Source of the DNA: Acidobacteriota bacterium
Lineage (GTDB): Bacteria > Acidobacteriota > UBA890 > WLXD01
Assembly (NCBI GenBank): GCA_965205505.1
Contig: CBDBHB010000009.1
Location: forward strand, 480,001 to 544,000
Length of the DNA: 64,000 nt
Reading direction: 5' to 3'
Positions 52,894 through 62,656 of the stretch are shown one piece after another. Both the position numbers and the translations under genes were made by a program. The notes below the pieces were generated by a model, which was not told where the DNA came from, made no database searches, and saw only the letters and a list, made by a program, of their open reading frames with translations. Position 1 is the stretch's first letter. Every line of letters starts with the position of its first letter.

Positions 52894-53915
52894 GTCGCAG
52901 CGCCACCGTCGAAGCACCTTCCAATATTGCGTTTGTGAAGTACTGGGGTGCCGCTGACCTGGAGAAGGCCATCCCACTCAACGCCTCGATCTCGATGTCG
53001 TTGCGGGCGTGCGTTACAAGGACGAGCGTCGAGACGCTCGCGGCCGGCGCCGACGACGAGATCTGGATATGTGTCGAGGGTCAATGGCGTCGCGCCGAAG
53101 GGGCGTTCGAGCATCGCGCCGCAGCGCATCTGGAGGGTATGCGGCGCTGGGCCAAAGTCGACGTGGGTTTTAGGGTTGCCACGGAGAACAGCTTTCCCGC
53201 CGCCGCCGGTATTGCCTCGTCGGCTTCCGGCTTTGCGGCACTTACCATGGCAGTGCTGGCGGCGCTCGAGCGAGAGCCGGCGGGCGATGAGCTATCGAAT
53301 CTGGCGCGGTTGTCTGGCTCGGGCTCCGCATCGCGGTCGGTTTTCGGCGGCTACGTGCAGTGGCCGCACGGCGACGAGGCGGACCCGTGGCGCGCCGCGC
53401 CGCTGGCGACAGCCTCGCATTGGGACCTGCGCGACGTAATCGCCATTGTGCAGACCGGTCCCAAGGCAGTGTCGTCTCTCGAGGGGCACGCCGGTGCCAC
53501 CACCAGCCCCCATTTCGCGCGCCGGCAGGAGCTGATCCCGTCGCGACTTCAACGGGTGCGCGACGCCATCGCGGCGCGCGACCTGGACCGACTCGGTCCG
53601 GTCGTCGAAGAAGACGCAATTGAGCTCCACCTGGTAGCGATGTCCTCGCAGCCCCCGATCTTCTACTGGCGGCCGGCGACGCTTCGCGTGCTGGACCATG
53701 TTCGCGTTCTGCGCAACGGCGGCACGTCGGCGTGGGCAACGATGGACGCCGGGGCGAACGTGCATGTGATTTGCTCTGCCGATGACGAGGAGGACGTCGC
53801 CGCCGGGCTGGAGGCGCTGGATGGTGTCCAAGCCGTGATCCGCGACGGCGTGGGCTCGGGCCCGCGGGCCCTGCCGGTATCGTTGTTCGACGCTCTCGAT
53901 CGAGCGCGACCGTGA
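52890..53915 (+). CDS. mvaD: MvaD-family decarboxylase, probably phosphomevalonate decarboxylase
   Basis: NIAFVKYWG, NSFP.AAGIASSASG, GSGSASRS, VSS, TMDAGANVH; substrate inferred from the adjacent IPK. Confidence 0.88.
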   Translation: MSRSATVEAPSNIAFVKYWGAADLEKAIPLNASISMSLRACVTRTSVETLAAGADDEIWICVEGQWRRAEGAFEHRAAAHLEGMRRWAKVDVGFRVATENSFPAAAGIASSASGFAALTMAVLAALEREPAGDELSNLARLSGSGSASRSVFGGYVQWPHGDEADPWRAAPLATASHWDLRDVIAIVQTGPKAVSSLEGHAGATTSPHFARRQELIPSRLQRVRDAIAARDLDRLGPVVEEDAIELHLVAMSSQPPIFYWRPATLRVLDHVRVLRNGGTSAWATMDAGANVHVICSADDEEDVAAGLEALDGVQAVIRDGVGSGPRALPVSLFDALDRARP

Positions 53916-54712
53916 ACGATCTGGTGGTGATCAAGCTGGGCGGCAGCTTGATCACCCACAAGCGCCGCCATCGAACGGTAAGGCGGGCTGAGCTTTCGCG
54001 ACTCGCCGGCGAGATCGCGGCGCTGACCCGCGGCTCTCGATTCCCGGTGCTGCTAGGGCACGGCAGCGGGTCCTTCGGGCACGTCGCGGCAGCGCAGTCG
54101 GGCGTCCATGAGGGGATGGCCGGGCGTGGCGCGCGGGTCGGTGTTTCGCAGACGCAGGCTGCCGCTTCCGAGCTGCACGCGATTGTCATGAGCGCTCTGC
54201 GTGAGGCCGGCGTGGCTGCCTACTCGGTGGCTCCGTCGAGCGCCATTGTTGCCCGAGGCCCCGGTCTTCGGCCGAGCGTGCACCTGGAGCCAGTGCGGCG
54301 AGCGCTCGACAGTGGACTGCTACCCGTTATGTATGGCGACATCGTCATGGACCGGCAACGTGGCTGTTCGATCTGCTCCACCGAAACGGCACTGCTTGCA
54401 TTCGCTCGCTCGCTAGGCTCGTCGAATCGGTGTGTCTCCGATGCCATCTGGCTCGGAGACACCGACGGCATTCTTGATGGAGATGGGGTGAGCGTTGCTC
54501 GCGTCCGCTTGCGAGATGCCAGGCGCGTCCGTCGCCTGGTGAGCGGCGCGGCCGCGACCGATGTGACCGGCGGCATGCGCCATCGCCTCGAGGCTGCGTT
54601 GGCGCTAGCCCGCATCGGCGTGCGGTCCTATCTGCTCGATGGCCGTCGGCCGGGCATCCTGCGACGTGCGCTGCGAGGCGCCACGGTGCCGGGGACGATC
54701 GTCGAGCCCTGA
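53912..54712 (+). CDS. ipk: Isopentenyl phosphate kinase
   Basis: KLGGSLIT.K, HGSGSFGH signature histidine, GDIV, STE, DVTGGM. Confidence 0.88.
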   Translation: MNDLVVIKLGGSLITHKRRHRTVRRAELSRLAGEIAALTRGSRFPVLLGHGSGSFGHVAAAQSGVHEGMAGRGARVGVSQTQAAASELHAIVMSALREAGVAAYSVAPSSAIVARGPGLRPSVHLEPVRRALDSGLLPVMYGDIVMDRQRGCSICSTETALLAFARSLGSSNRCVSDAIWLGDTDGILDGDGVSVARVRLRDARRVRRLVSGAAATDVTGGMRHRLEAALALARIGVRSYLLDGRRPGILRRALRGATVPGTIVEP

Positions 54713-54793
54713 GCAGCGGCGGCTTTCGTCGCCTGGGCCGCGCCGCCGCCAAGGTGGATAATGGTCCTCGGCCAGCCAAAGCCAGGCGCACGC

Positions 54794-55714
54794 ATGGACC
54801 GCATCGAAGACCTTCTCGAGAAGACCAGCCGCACGTTCGCGCTATCGATCCCGTTGCTGCCGGAGCCGACCCGCCGCGAGCTCGGGATCGCCTACCTGCT
54901 ATTCCGCATTGCGGACACCTTCGAGGATGCGTCCGAATGGGGCCGACAGCGGCGGATCGATGCCCTCGAGGAGTTCATGAGCCTGGTTCGACATCCAGAC
55001 GAGCAGCGAGCCGCGAAGCTCGGACGCAGCTGGGCCACTTCCGTACCGATTGATCATCCCGGCTATCTCGAGCTACTCCGCGAATCGGCAACCGTGATCC
55101 GGGAGTACCAGCGTCTGCAGCCTGGCGCACGGGGGATCATCCGCAAGCACACGTTGCGGACCGCTGCCGGCATGGCCGGATTCGTCAATCGCTCTGTCGA
55201 TGGTGTGCTCAAGCTCGAGTCTCTAGCTGACCTACGCGAGTATTGTTACGTGGTTGCCGGTATTGTCGGTGAGCTCAGCACCGACTTGTTCCTTCTCGAG
55301 CGCCCGCAGCTGGCGTCGTCGATCGAGTTCTTGCAACAGCGCGCTGCGCGGTTTGGTGAGGCGCTGCAGCTGGTCAACATCCTCAAGGATGCTGCCGACG
55401 ACCGGCGTGAGGGGCGGTGTTACCTGCCCGCGGCGCTGAAGCGCAGGGAGATCTTCCGGTTGGCCCATGAAGATCTCCGAGTAGCGGCGCACTACACCAA
55501 CGCACTGCAGGCGGCGAGCGCGCCGCGCGGCATCATCGCGTTCTGCGCCCTGCCGACACGGCTTGCCGTCGTTGCCCTCGACGTCGTCGAGCGATGCGGG
55601 CCCGGCGCAAAGATCTCCCGCGAAGAGGTTGCCGAGATCGTCCAGGCCATGAACCTAGATCTCGAGGCCGGTGCTCCAGCGGTGCCGATTCCAGCAACCG
55701 CGAAACCGACGTGA
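54794..55714 (+). CDS. Squalene synthase-like head-to-head prenyltransferase
   Basis: TSRTFALSI, YLLFRIADTFED, YCYVVAGIVGE, LQLVNILKD..D..EGRCYLP. Confidence 0.88.
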   Translation: MDRIEDLLEKTSRTFALSIPLLPEPTRRELGIAYLLFRIADTFEDASEWGRQRRIDALEEFMSLVRHPDEQRAAKLGRSWATSVPIDHPGYLELLRESATVIREYQRLQPGARGIIRKHTLRTAAGMAGFVNRSVDGVLKLESLADLREYCYVVAGIVGELSTDLFLLERPQLASSIEFLQQRAARFGEALQLVNILKDAADDRREGRCYLPAALKRREIFRLAHEDLRVAAHYTNALQAASAPRGIIAFCALPTRLAVVALDVVERCGPGAKISREEVAEIVQAMNLDLEAGAPAVPIPATAKPT

Positions 55715-55743
55715 CCAAGCCGGCGGCTGGCGCGGTTGCGAGA

Positions 55744-56565
55744 TCATTTTCCGGCGCCTTCGGGGTTAGCTCTCGTGGCGCGGTCGATCCAGGCGTCGGC
55801 GTCCGGATGGCCGCGTTGCTGCCATTCCCGGGCTCGATCGATGGTCCGCCGATAAGCGTCGCGGCTTGCCGCGTCGTCTTCGACTTCGGCGTAGGCCTCG
55901 GCTAGCGCGAGGAGGTTTGGCGGGTACTCGGGGTAGAGCTCGACGGCCCGTTGCGCCTGCTCCAGGCCCTCGTCCGCGTTGCCGGGACCGGTGGGCCAAC
56001 CGGGCGCTTGCACCAGCATCTGCGATAGCACGCGTCGGGGTCCGGCGTAGTCGAGGCGTTCGTGCCCGGCGATGGCAGCGCGGAGCTCGCGTTCCATTAT
56101 GCGTAGCCCGTCCGAAGCCGTGGCGCGACGCTGGTTGGCTTGTACGCCGATGGCGATCGCCAGCCAGTAATGACAGTCCGGGTTTGTTGGCTCCCGTCTT
56201 CGACACCACTGGGCTGTTTGCACTGCCTCGGTGGCCTTGTCCCTGCGTGCCTGCGGATCGTCCAGATGCTCCCCAAGCCAGGTCTGTGCCCTCACGGCAC
56301 CGATGACTGCCAGCGCGCTGGACGGACGGGCGATGGCAGATCGGATCCAAAGAGCCTCGGCCTGGCGCACCGCGTCGACATTGGGGCGTCGCCCGAATTC
56401 TCCCTCGGCGTCGGCCGCCAGACGGGCAGCCTCCTGCGCGTCGACGCGTTCCGGATCGACGTGGCCGAGCGCCGAACTCGTGTCAAGCGGCTGGAGTGCA
56501 GCGGCACACGCGGACGAAGTAAGGGCTGCGGCAGCTAGCAAGGCGGCGCCACGACGAAGCCTCAT
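55744..56565 (-). CDS. TPR-like lipoprotein (TatT/BstC-like)
   Basis: Lipobox TSSAC; helical repeats, HYWLAIAIG, DYAGPRRVL..L.QAPGWP. Confidence 0.7.
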   Translation of the reverse strand: MRLRRGAALLAAAALTSSACAAALQPLDTSSALGHVDPERVDAQEAARLAADAEGEFGRRPNVDAVRQAEALWIRSAIARPSSALAVIGAVRAQTWLGEHLDDPQARRDKATEAVQTAQWCRRREPTNPDCHYWLAIAIGVQANQRRATASDGLRIMERELRAAIAGHERLDYAGPRRVLSQMLVQAPGWPTGPGNADEGLEQAQRAVELYPEYPPNLLALAEAYAEVEDDAASRDAYRRTIDRAREWQQRGHPDADAWIDRATRANPEGAGK

Positions 56566-57455
56566 TGAGCCGCCGAGTATGCCGCCCGGGCAAGGCCCAG
56601 CGCCTCAGCGTCCAGGGCTTCGAAGCGCTGTAGCTGCATGGTTTCGAGCACGTCAGCGAAGCTCGCCGACTCGTGGACACCGAGTAGCCCCTTGACCAGC
56701 TGCTGGCGCACCGGCTCGGGGACGCGGTCGCCCAGGGCGACGACGAGCCAGGCCAAGAGAGGCGGCGACGTTGCCACCACCTCGAGCGACTCCGCGCCCG
56801 GAAACGAAGCCAACGCGGCGGTCTGGGGGCCATCGAGAAGTACGGCAACTTCCTCGCCGGCGGCCACTCGGCGTATGCCGGCAAGCACCCGCCGCGTGAA
56901 CTTGACCGAAAGCGAATCCGGGAGCGCTCCCCAATCCGCCAGCGCCGGCCCGCGTACGAAACTGGGTGCGTATGCCGGAAGCCCTAATAGCTCCCAGCCA
57001 GCGAGCGACTCGGGCCCGGTGATCACCCCGGCGGAAGCCACCAGGCTCCAACGCTCGGTAGCGCTCCCGGACGCCTGCACCGCCTGCGCCACCGCGGTGA
57101 GCGCCAGCTCCTGCTCGTACTTCAGATACAAGGGCAGTGGCACCAGCGCCAACGACGTGGCGTTGTCGCGTAGACGACTCACCCCGGCTTCCTCGCTCGG
57201 ATGGTATTCGGCCGTCAAGGTCCCTGCCGGCCACCCGGAGGCGTCCGAGACCATCGCCGCGAAATCGTTCATCGTCGGCTGCGCCTGCTCGGTGTTGCTC
57301 GGATACCCTGGCGCGCAGGCCACCAGCCGCAGAGTGTCCAGGCCGGCGAATGCGCCACCCCGACTCCCGCCGCCGGCCGGCGGTACAGTTGCCGTCGTTG
57401 CAAACAGCGCCACCGCGAAGAGAAGCTTGTTCATCGTCGGCGCGGATCCGTTCAC
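56562..57455 (-). CDS. Periplasmic substrate-binding protein (PhnD-like/BstB-like)
   Basis: Signal peptide; LVACAPGYP.., two alpha/beta lobes; stop overlaps the start of the downstream lipoprotein (ATGA). Confidence 0.65.
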   Translation of the reverse strand: MNGSAPTMNKLLFAVALFATTATVPPAGGGSRGGAFAGLDTLRLVACAPGYPSNTEQAQPTMNDFAAMVSDASGWPAGTLTAEYHPSEEAGVSRLRDNATSLALVPLPLYLKYEQELALTAVAQAVQASGSATERWSLVASAGVITGPESLAGWELLGLPAYAPSFVRGPALADWGALPDSLSVKFTRRVLAGIRRVAAGEEVAVLLDGPQTAALASFPGAESLEVVATSPPLLAWLVVALGDRVPEPVRQQLVKGLLGVHESASFADVLETMQLQRFEALDAEALGLARAAYSAAQ

Positions 57456-57502
57456 CTGTGGCGAAGGTTGTCAGTAGTCTTCGAAAGAATACCCGCGACC
57501 CT

Positions 57503-60196
57503 TCAGCGGCGCGCGATCCCGCTCACGATCAGCAGGTTCGGCAGCACGATCAAGGCGGCGATCGTGCAAGCGCCGACCCCCAGCAACAGCAGGGCCCCGA
57601 GGCTCGCCATGCCACGATGTGTAGCGAACACGAGGCTCCCGAATCCCACCATGGTCGTAAGCGAAGCGATGAGGATCGCCCGCCCGGTATGCGAAACGAC
57701 CGTCATGATGCCGGCGCTGCCCTCCAGTCGCAGTCGGTGGATGATGTGGACTCCGGCATCGATGCCAACACCCAGGACGATCGGTACCGCCACCAGGTTG
57801 GCGAAATTGAACGACAGGCCGAGTGCCCACATGAGTCCGAGCATCCATACCGTCCCGAAGAAGACGGGTACGAGTGCCAGGGCCGTGTGTTGCGTGTTAC
57901 GCAGATCCAGTAGCAACACCAGGAACACGAGCAACGCGGCGCTCGCGAATGCTAGCCCGAACCCCGAGGTGATCAAGGCAGAATGGCTCTCGAAAAGCAC
58001 CGGAAAGCCGATGGCATTGCTGGCGACGCGGCGCGACGCGACGTTGAACTGTCCCAGGAAGCCGGTGTCATAGATGTCGCCCGCCGGGAACAGATAGCCG
58101 ACGTATCGACCGTCCTCGGTCATGAACCGATCGACGATCTCGGAAGGCAAGGATGCGCGGGTCGGGAGCGGCACGCTGGCGGCGTCGCGCAGCTGCTGTA
58201 GGGCGCTGAACGCCACGACGCGCAGCGCCTCCTGCGCTTCGGCCCACTCGGCGAGCCTCTCCGGGCTCGCCGCCATCGCTAGCTCGATGGCTCCTGCGGT
58301 CGCCTGACGGGCCTTCTCCAGGGCTCCGGACACCCCTCCCAGCCCGGCAACGAATGCGTCGTCGGCGGCGGTGGCGAGGGCAGACTCGAGTCGCAACAGC
58401 GAGTCACTCAGTCGGCGCCCGTCGAACGCGGCCACGGTCAGCTCGATGACTTCCAGAGTCCTACGGGCGCGCGCCGCGGCGGCCTCCGACGCGAGCGGTT
58501 GATCGGGCAGGAATGTGAGTATCGATTCGAACCGACGGATGCTGGCCTCGTCCTCGGCGCGCGAGCGTAGCGCGCGGAGCTGCTCCAGATCCTCGGCGAC
58601 GACGAGGTTGAAGTCGTGGCTGAGCGCCGACTCGTCGTTGATGATCTCCAGATAATGGATTGACTCGGAACCTGCCGGGAGAAGCTCTAGCAGGCTCGGC
58701 TCCAGCTCCACGCGGCTCGCTGCGAGCCCGGCGATCGCGGTCAGGCCGATCGCCAGCGCGACGACGAGGCCCGGTGACGCGCAGACCCAACGGGCCGCCC
58801 GATCGTCCCAGATCTGGTCAACGGCGGCACGCGCTGCCGCGTTGTCGTGTTCGGGGGCACCGCGCAACAGCAGCAGTGCCGGTAGCACTAGCAGGGCGGC
58901 AAGCAGGCACAGCAGCACGCCGACGCTGGTAACCAGGCCCAGCTGGGAAAAACCACGAAAATCCATGAGCAGCAGACAGGCGAACGCGGCCGAGGTGGTG
59001 AACGCAGACGCGACGACCGCGGCACTCGTCGTTCGAAGCGTGGCGCGCACGGCCTCCCGGCGACCCTTGTTCTGCCGTTCGAGCTCGTACTGCGATAGGG
59101 GGTGCACTGCGTAGTCGATACCCATGCCGACGAGAATGGGGATCAGTGCCGTGGTGATGATGTTGAGCGACCCGATCTCCAGCTGCACCGCGCCAATCGA
59201 CCAGGTGACTCCGGCCGCCAGGGTCGCCAGGCCGAGCAGAGCGTGGCGTCGCCGGCGGAACACCAGCAACGAGATTCCGAGCACGCCGACGATGGCGATC
59301 AACGAGGTGCGGCGGGTGTCCCGTCCTATGGCATTCATCTCTTCCACGGCCATCGCGGCCGGGCCGGTGAGTCCATAGCGAACGCCTGCACGCTCCGACA
59401 ACACGGCCGCGACGGCCACCCGGACGCTATCCACCAGCGCCCGCTGAGCTTCCAGGCTGTCATCGAAATACGCAGGGCTGACCAGTACGAACACGACACG
59501 CTCATCGCTGGTCGACAGGTAGCCATCGCCGGTCAACGATCCGCGCCGCCCGCTGTCTATCAGCATTAGCGGCACCTGCTTCAGCCGATCGACAAACCCA
59601 TGAGGATCGGTGAGGAAGTCGCGCTCGGCGTCGACGAGGTCGAGCAGCCAGGCGGCCGCTACGGCGGCATCGTCGGACGGCAAGACACTGCCTGATTCGA
59701 GCGAATCCTCGATGTCAGTGGCGCTGCGCAGGTTCAGATCGGCCCAGCTCGTCAGGATCAGCTTGCCGTCGACGGCAAGTAGCCGCTGCACCATCTCGAA
59801 CGCTTGTTCGACCATGTCCGCCGGTGCCAGGGCAAGCGCATGATCGGCAAGCCAATCGAAGTCGACGCGGTAGAACACGCTACGTACCTGCGGGTCCGCT
59901 TGCAGGTGCTCGGCGATCTCGCGTGCTGTGGTTTCCAGGTCCTCGACCGATACGCCGCTTGCGCTTGCTTCCAGCGCGATAATGAGCGGCTCGGCGCTGG
60001 CGAACTGTGAGCGCAGCGAGTTCCATCGCGCCTGGCTCACGTCATCTTCCGGCACCAGCTCTTGTCGGGAGGTCAGAAGCTCGATTCCCGTCCCCAGCCA
60101 AATGGAGATCGCGCCCAGCGCTAGAGCGACGGTAAGCACGGCGCGTGGATGGTCCAGAACCAGCGACTCGGCGCGCCTGAGCACAAGGCGTATCAT
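57503..60196 (-). CDS. MMPL/RND lipid transporter (HpnN/BstA-like)
   Basis: 897 aa, two MMPL halves: LTG, ILVGMGIDYAVH, FSQLG, IVLGVGIDAGVH, TTMVGFGSL..HRGMASLG. Confidence 0.9.
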   Translation of the reverse strand: MIRLVLRRAESLVLDHPRAVLTVALALGAISIWLGTGIELLTSRQELVPEDDVSQARWNSLRSQFASAEPLIIALEASASGVSVEDLETTAREIAEHLQADPQVRSVFYRVDFDWLADHALALAPADMVEQAFEMVQRLLAVDGKLILTSWADLNLRSATDIEDSLESGSVLPSDDAAVAAAWLLDLVDAERDFLTDPHGFVDRLKQVPLMLIDSGRRGSLTGDGYLSTSDERVVFVLVSPAYFDDSLEAQRALVDSVRVAVAAVLSERAGVRYGLTGPAAMAVEEMNAIGRDTRRTSLIAIVGVLGISLLVFRRRRHALLGLATLAAGVTWSIGAVQLEIGSLNIITTALIPILVGMGIDYAVHPLSQYELERQNKGRREAVRATLRTTSAAVVASAFTTSAAFACLLLMDFRGFSQLGLVTSVGVLLCLLAALLVLPALLLLRGAPEHDNAAARAAVDQIWDDRAARWVCASPGLVVALAIGLTAIAGLAASRVELEPSLLELLPAGSESIHYLEIINDESALSHDFNLVVAEDLEQLRALRSRAEDEASIRRFESILTFLPDQPLASEAAAARARRTLEVIELTVAAFDGRRLSDSLLRLESALATAADDAFVAGLGGVSGALEKARQATAGAIELAMAASPERLAEWAEAQEALRVVAFSALQQLRDAASVPLPTRASLPSEIVDRFMTEDGRYVGYLFPAGDIYDTGFLGQFNVASRRVASNAIGFPVLFESHSALITSGFGLAFASAALLVFLVLLLDLRNTQHTALALVPVFFGTVWMLGLMWALGLSFNFANLVAVPIVLGVGIDAGVHIIHRLRLEGSAGIMTVVSHTGRAILIASLTTMVGFGSLVFATHRGMASLGALLLLGVGACTIAALIVLPNLLIVSGIARR

Positions 60197-60326
60197 GCGC
60201 GGCAGTCTACCGAATGCGGCTGGCGGCGACTGGCGAGCGAAGAGCGCGCAACCGGCACTATGCCGTGTCCACGAGCACCTGTAGCATCGCTCACCTGGCC
60301 AGCCCCGCCGCTCTTGCGAGAATGCC

Positions 60327-61286
60327 GTGAAGTCACTGATCCTGACCCAGTCCGATATTCACTCCGTGGTGAAGATGAGCGCCGTAGTGCCCGCGATCGA
60401 GGCAGCGTTCGAAGCGCACGGGCGCGGCGAAACGCAAATGCCGGTCAAGGTCTACCTCGATCTACCTGAGTACCACGGCGACTTCCGGGCCATGCCCGCC
60501 TACCTGGACGGATCGGCGGGGGTGAAGTGGGTCAACTCGCACCCGCGGAACCCGGAGGACCACGGGTTGCCATCGGTTCTCGGCATGTACATTCTCAGCG
60601 ACCCGTCCACTGCTGTGCCGTTGGCGGTCATGGATGCAACGCTGCTGACCGCGCTGCGCACCGGCGCGGCTGCGGCTGTCGCCGCCAAGCACCTGGCGCG
60701 GCCGGATGCCCGCACCGTCGGCTTCGTCGGCTGTGGCGTGCAGGCGCGTGCGCTGCTCGACGCACTACGCGTTGTTTTCGGCAATCTACAGATCGTGGCT
60801 GCCGATCAACACCCCGACGCGGCTGCTACTTTTGCCGCTGAGATTGGCGGAACTGTCGGCGACGTGGCGGATGCGTCAGGCTGCGACATCGTCTGCACCG
60901 CAACCCCTTCGCGCACACCGATCGTGCGTCACGAGTGGGTTAAGCCGGGCACACACATCAATGCCGTGGGTGCCGATGCGCACGGCAAACAGGAGCTCGA
61001 GTCGAGCCTGATGACGGCCGCCAAGGTGGTCATTGACGACTGGCAGCAGGCCTGTGAGAGCGGCGAGGTGAACGTGCCCTTGCACGAAGGCTCGCTTGCT
61101 CGAGACGACATTCACGCCGCCCTGGGGGAGATTGTTGCGGGGTTGGCGCCGGGCCGCGAGACGGATGACGAGATTACGGTATTCGATTCCACCGGGCTCG
61201 CCGTGCAAGACGTCGCGTTGGCACGCCTGGTATACGAACAAGCCCGCGCCGCCGAGGTCGGTCTGGAGGTCGATTTTCTCGGCTAA
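60327..61286 (+). CDS. Ornithine cyclodeaminase/mu-crystallin family (archaeal alanine dehydrogenase-like)
   Basis: GDFRAMPA, GVKWVNSHP.N, TALRTGAA, GCGVQA, FDSTGLAVQD. Confidence 0.9.
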   Translation: MKSLILTQSDIHSVVKMSAVVPAIEAAFEAHGRGETQMPVKVYLDLPEYHGDFRAMPAYLDGSAGVKWVNSHPRNPEDHGLPSVLGMYILSDPSTAVPLAVMDATLLTALRTGAAAAVAAKHLARPDARTVGFVGCGVQARALLDALRVVFGNLQIVAADQHPDAAATFAAEIGGTVGDVADASGCDIVCTATPSRTPIVRHEWVKPGTHINAVGADAHGKQELESSLMTAAKVVIDDWQQACESGEVNVPLHEGSLARDDIHAALGEIVAGLAPGRETDDEITVFDSTGLAVQDVALARLVYEQARAAEVGLEVDFLG

Positions 61287-61307
61287 CAGGCCGTGGTGAA
61301 AGTGTGG
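61283..61307 (+). repeat. Solo family B terminus CTAACAGGCCGTGGTGAAAGTGTGG overlapping the TAA stop
   Basis: Two mismatches to 36636-36660. Confidence 0.75.
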
Positions 61308-61361
61308 TGGGGGCCGGCCGTACAGGTGGACCCGGCGCGTACCCATACGAGTGAAGGAGCG

Positions 61362-62492
61362 ATGGCCATGAAAACGCGCGGATTTCAACCGACCAGCCGG
61401 TGGTTTGCCCTGTTGCTGCTCGTCGCCACGGCATGCGGGCCGACGACCGTCGCTGCTCCGGCAGCGATGCAGTACGCGCAGCTGCATCACTCCGAGTACG
61501 GAGCCGCCATCGAGGCTGCGCGCGCTGTTGTTCAGGAGCGCCTGCTCGAGTACCCCGGACTGTCGATCGCCGTTGGAATCGACGACCGGATCGTCTGGGC
61601 AGAGGGATTCGGCTGGGCCGATATCGAGCAGCGTGTTCCGGTGCGACCCACGTCTCGGTTTCGCGTCGGCAGCGTCGCCAAGCCGATGACCGCGTCGCTT
61701 CTCGGCCTGCTCTACGAGGAAGGCAAGATCGATCTCGACGCGCCGGTGCAGACGTACGTGCGGACGTTTCCAGAGAAGAGCCACCCGATCTCTACGCGCC
61801 TGCTCGCCGAGCACCTGGCCGGCATTCGCGACTACGAAGGCGACGAGTTCCTCAGTGCCGTTCGCTACGACACCGTGTCGGATGGGCTGGAAATCTTCGC
61901 TGCCGACCCGTTGCGGTTCGAGCCGAGCACCGAGTACTTGTACTCGAGCTACGGATGGAACCTGATCAGCGCCATCATCGAGGGTGAGAGCGGCGAGGAG
62001 TTTCTATCGCAAATGCAGAGCCGCGTATTCGAGCCGCTCGGCATGCTCGACACAACTTCGGATCAGAATGCCTTGATTGTCCGCGAGCGGGTACGACCTT
62101 ATGAGCGCGGGGATGACGGACTCCTGTACAACGCCCCTCATGTCGACAACAGCTACAAGTGGGCCGGCGGGGGCTTTCTCTCTACTGCACAGGACCTCGT
62201 GCGCTTCGGTATGGCGCACATGAAGCCCGGCTTCTTGCAGATGGCGACCCTGCAGGAGTGGCAGACGTCGCAGCGAACGAACGATGGCGTGGAGACCGGC
62301 TACGGAATGGGTTGGAGCGTTGGCACGGACGCGTCGGGCCGCCGAAGCGTCGGTCACGGCGGCGGCTCGGTGGGTGGAACCACCGGGCTCATGCTGCTGC
62401 CGGATGACTGCTTGGTGATTGCCATCACCAGCAACATGAGCGGCGCGCCAGGTTTTCCCACTCAGGAAATCGTCGATCTGTTCCTGCAGTAG
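61362..62492 (+). CDS. Serine hydrolase, beta-lactamase family lipoprotein
   Basis: GAAGGAG RBS; lipobox VATAC; SVAK (SxxK), YSS, HGG. Confidence 0.9.
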   Translation: MAMKTRGFQPTSRWFALLLLVATACGPTTVAAPAAMQYAQLHHSEYGAAIEAARAVVQERLLEYPGLSIAVGIDDRIVWAEGFGWADIEQRVPVRPTSRFRVGSVAKPMTASLLGLLYEEGKIDLDAPVQTYVRTFPEKSHPISTRLLAEHLAGIRDYEGDEFLSAVRYDTVSDGLEIFAADPLRFEPSTEYLYSSYGWNLISAIIEGESGEEFLSQMQSRVFEPLGMLDTTSDQNALIVRERVRPYERGDDGLLYNAPHVDNSYKWAGGGFLSTAQDLVRFGMAHMKPGFLQMATLQEWQTSQRTNDGVETGYGMGWSVGTDASGRRSVGHGGGSVGGTTGLMLLPDDCLVIAITSNMSGAPGFPTQEIVDLFLQ

Positions 62493-62656
62493 CCGCCGCG
62501 ATCATGGCTGATCCCGAGGTCGGCTACGTCGTTCCGGCAGAAAATGCTGGAAAAACAGCAAATGCTCTTGATCGTCTCCGCGAAAATGCTAGATTTGCAG
62601 CAGTTTCAGCGCGCCATCGAGCGCGCACCCGCCCGATTCCCCTCGTGGCTTTCAGC

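Noticed and set aside
51775-54712. Classical mevalonate pathway with phosphomevalonate kinase
   Set aside because: Only one GHMP kinase is present; the following kinase has the amino-acid-kinase fold and IPK signature
54794-55714. Carotenoid cluster (phytoene synthase)
   Set aside because: No desaturase or cyclase neighbours, and the SRTFALSI/DTFED pattern fits squalene synthases better; not fully excluded
16021-61307. CRISPR array from the recurring 25-30-bp repeats
   Set aside because: Copies are kilobases apart, in mixed orientation, with no spacers and no cas genes
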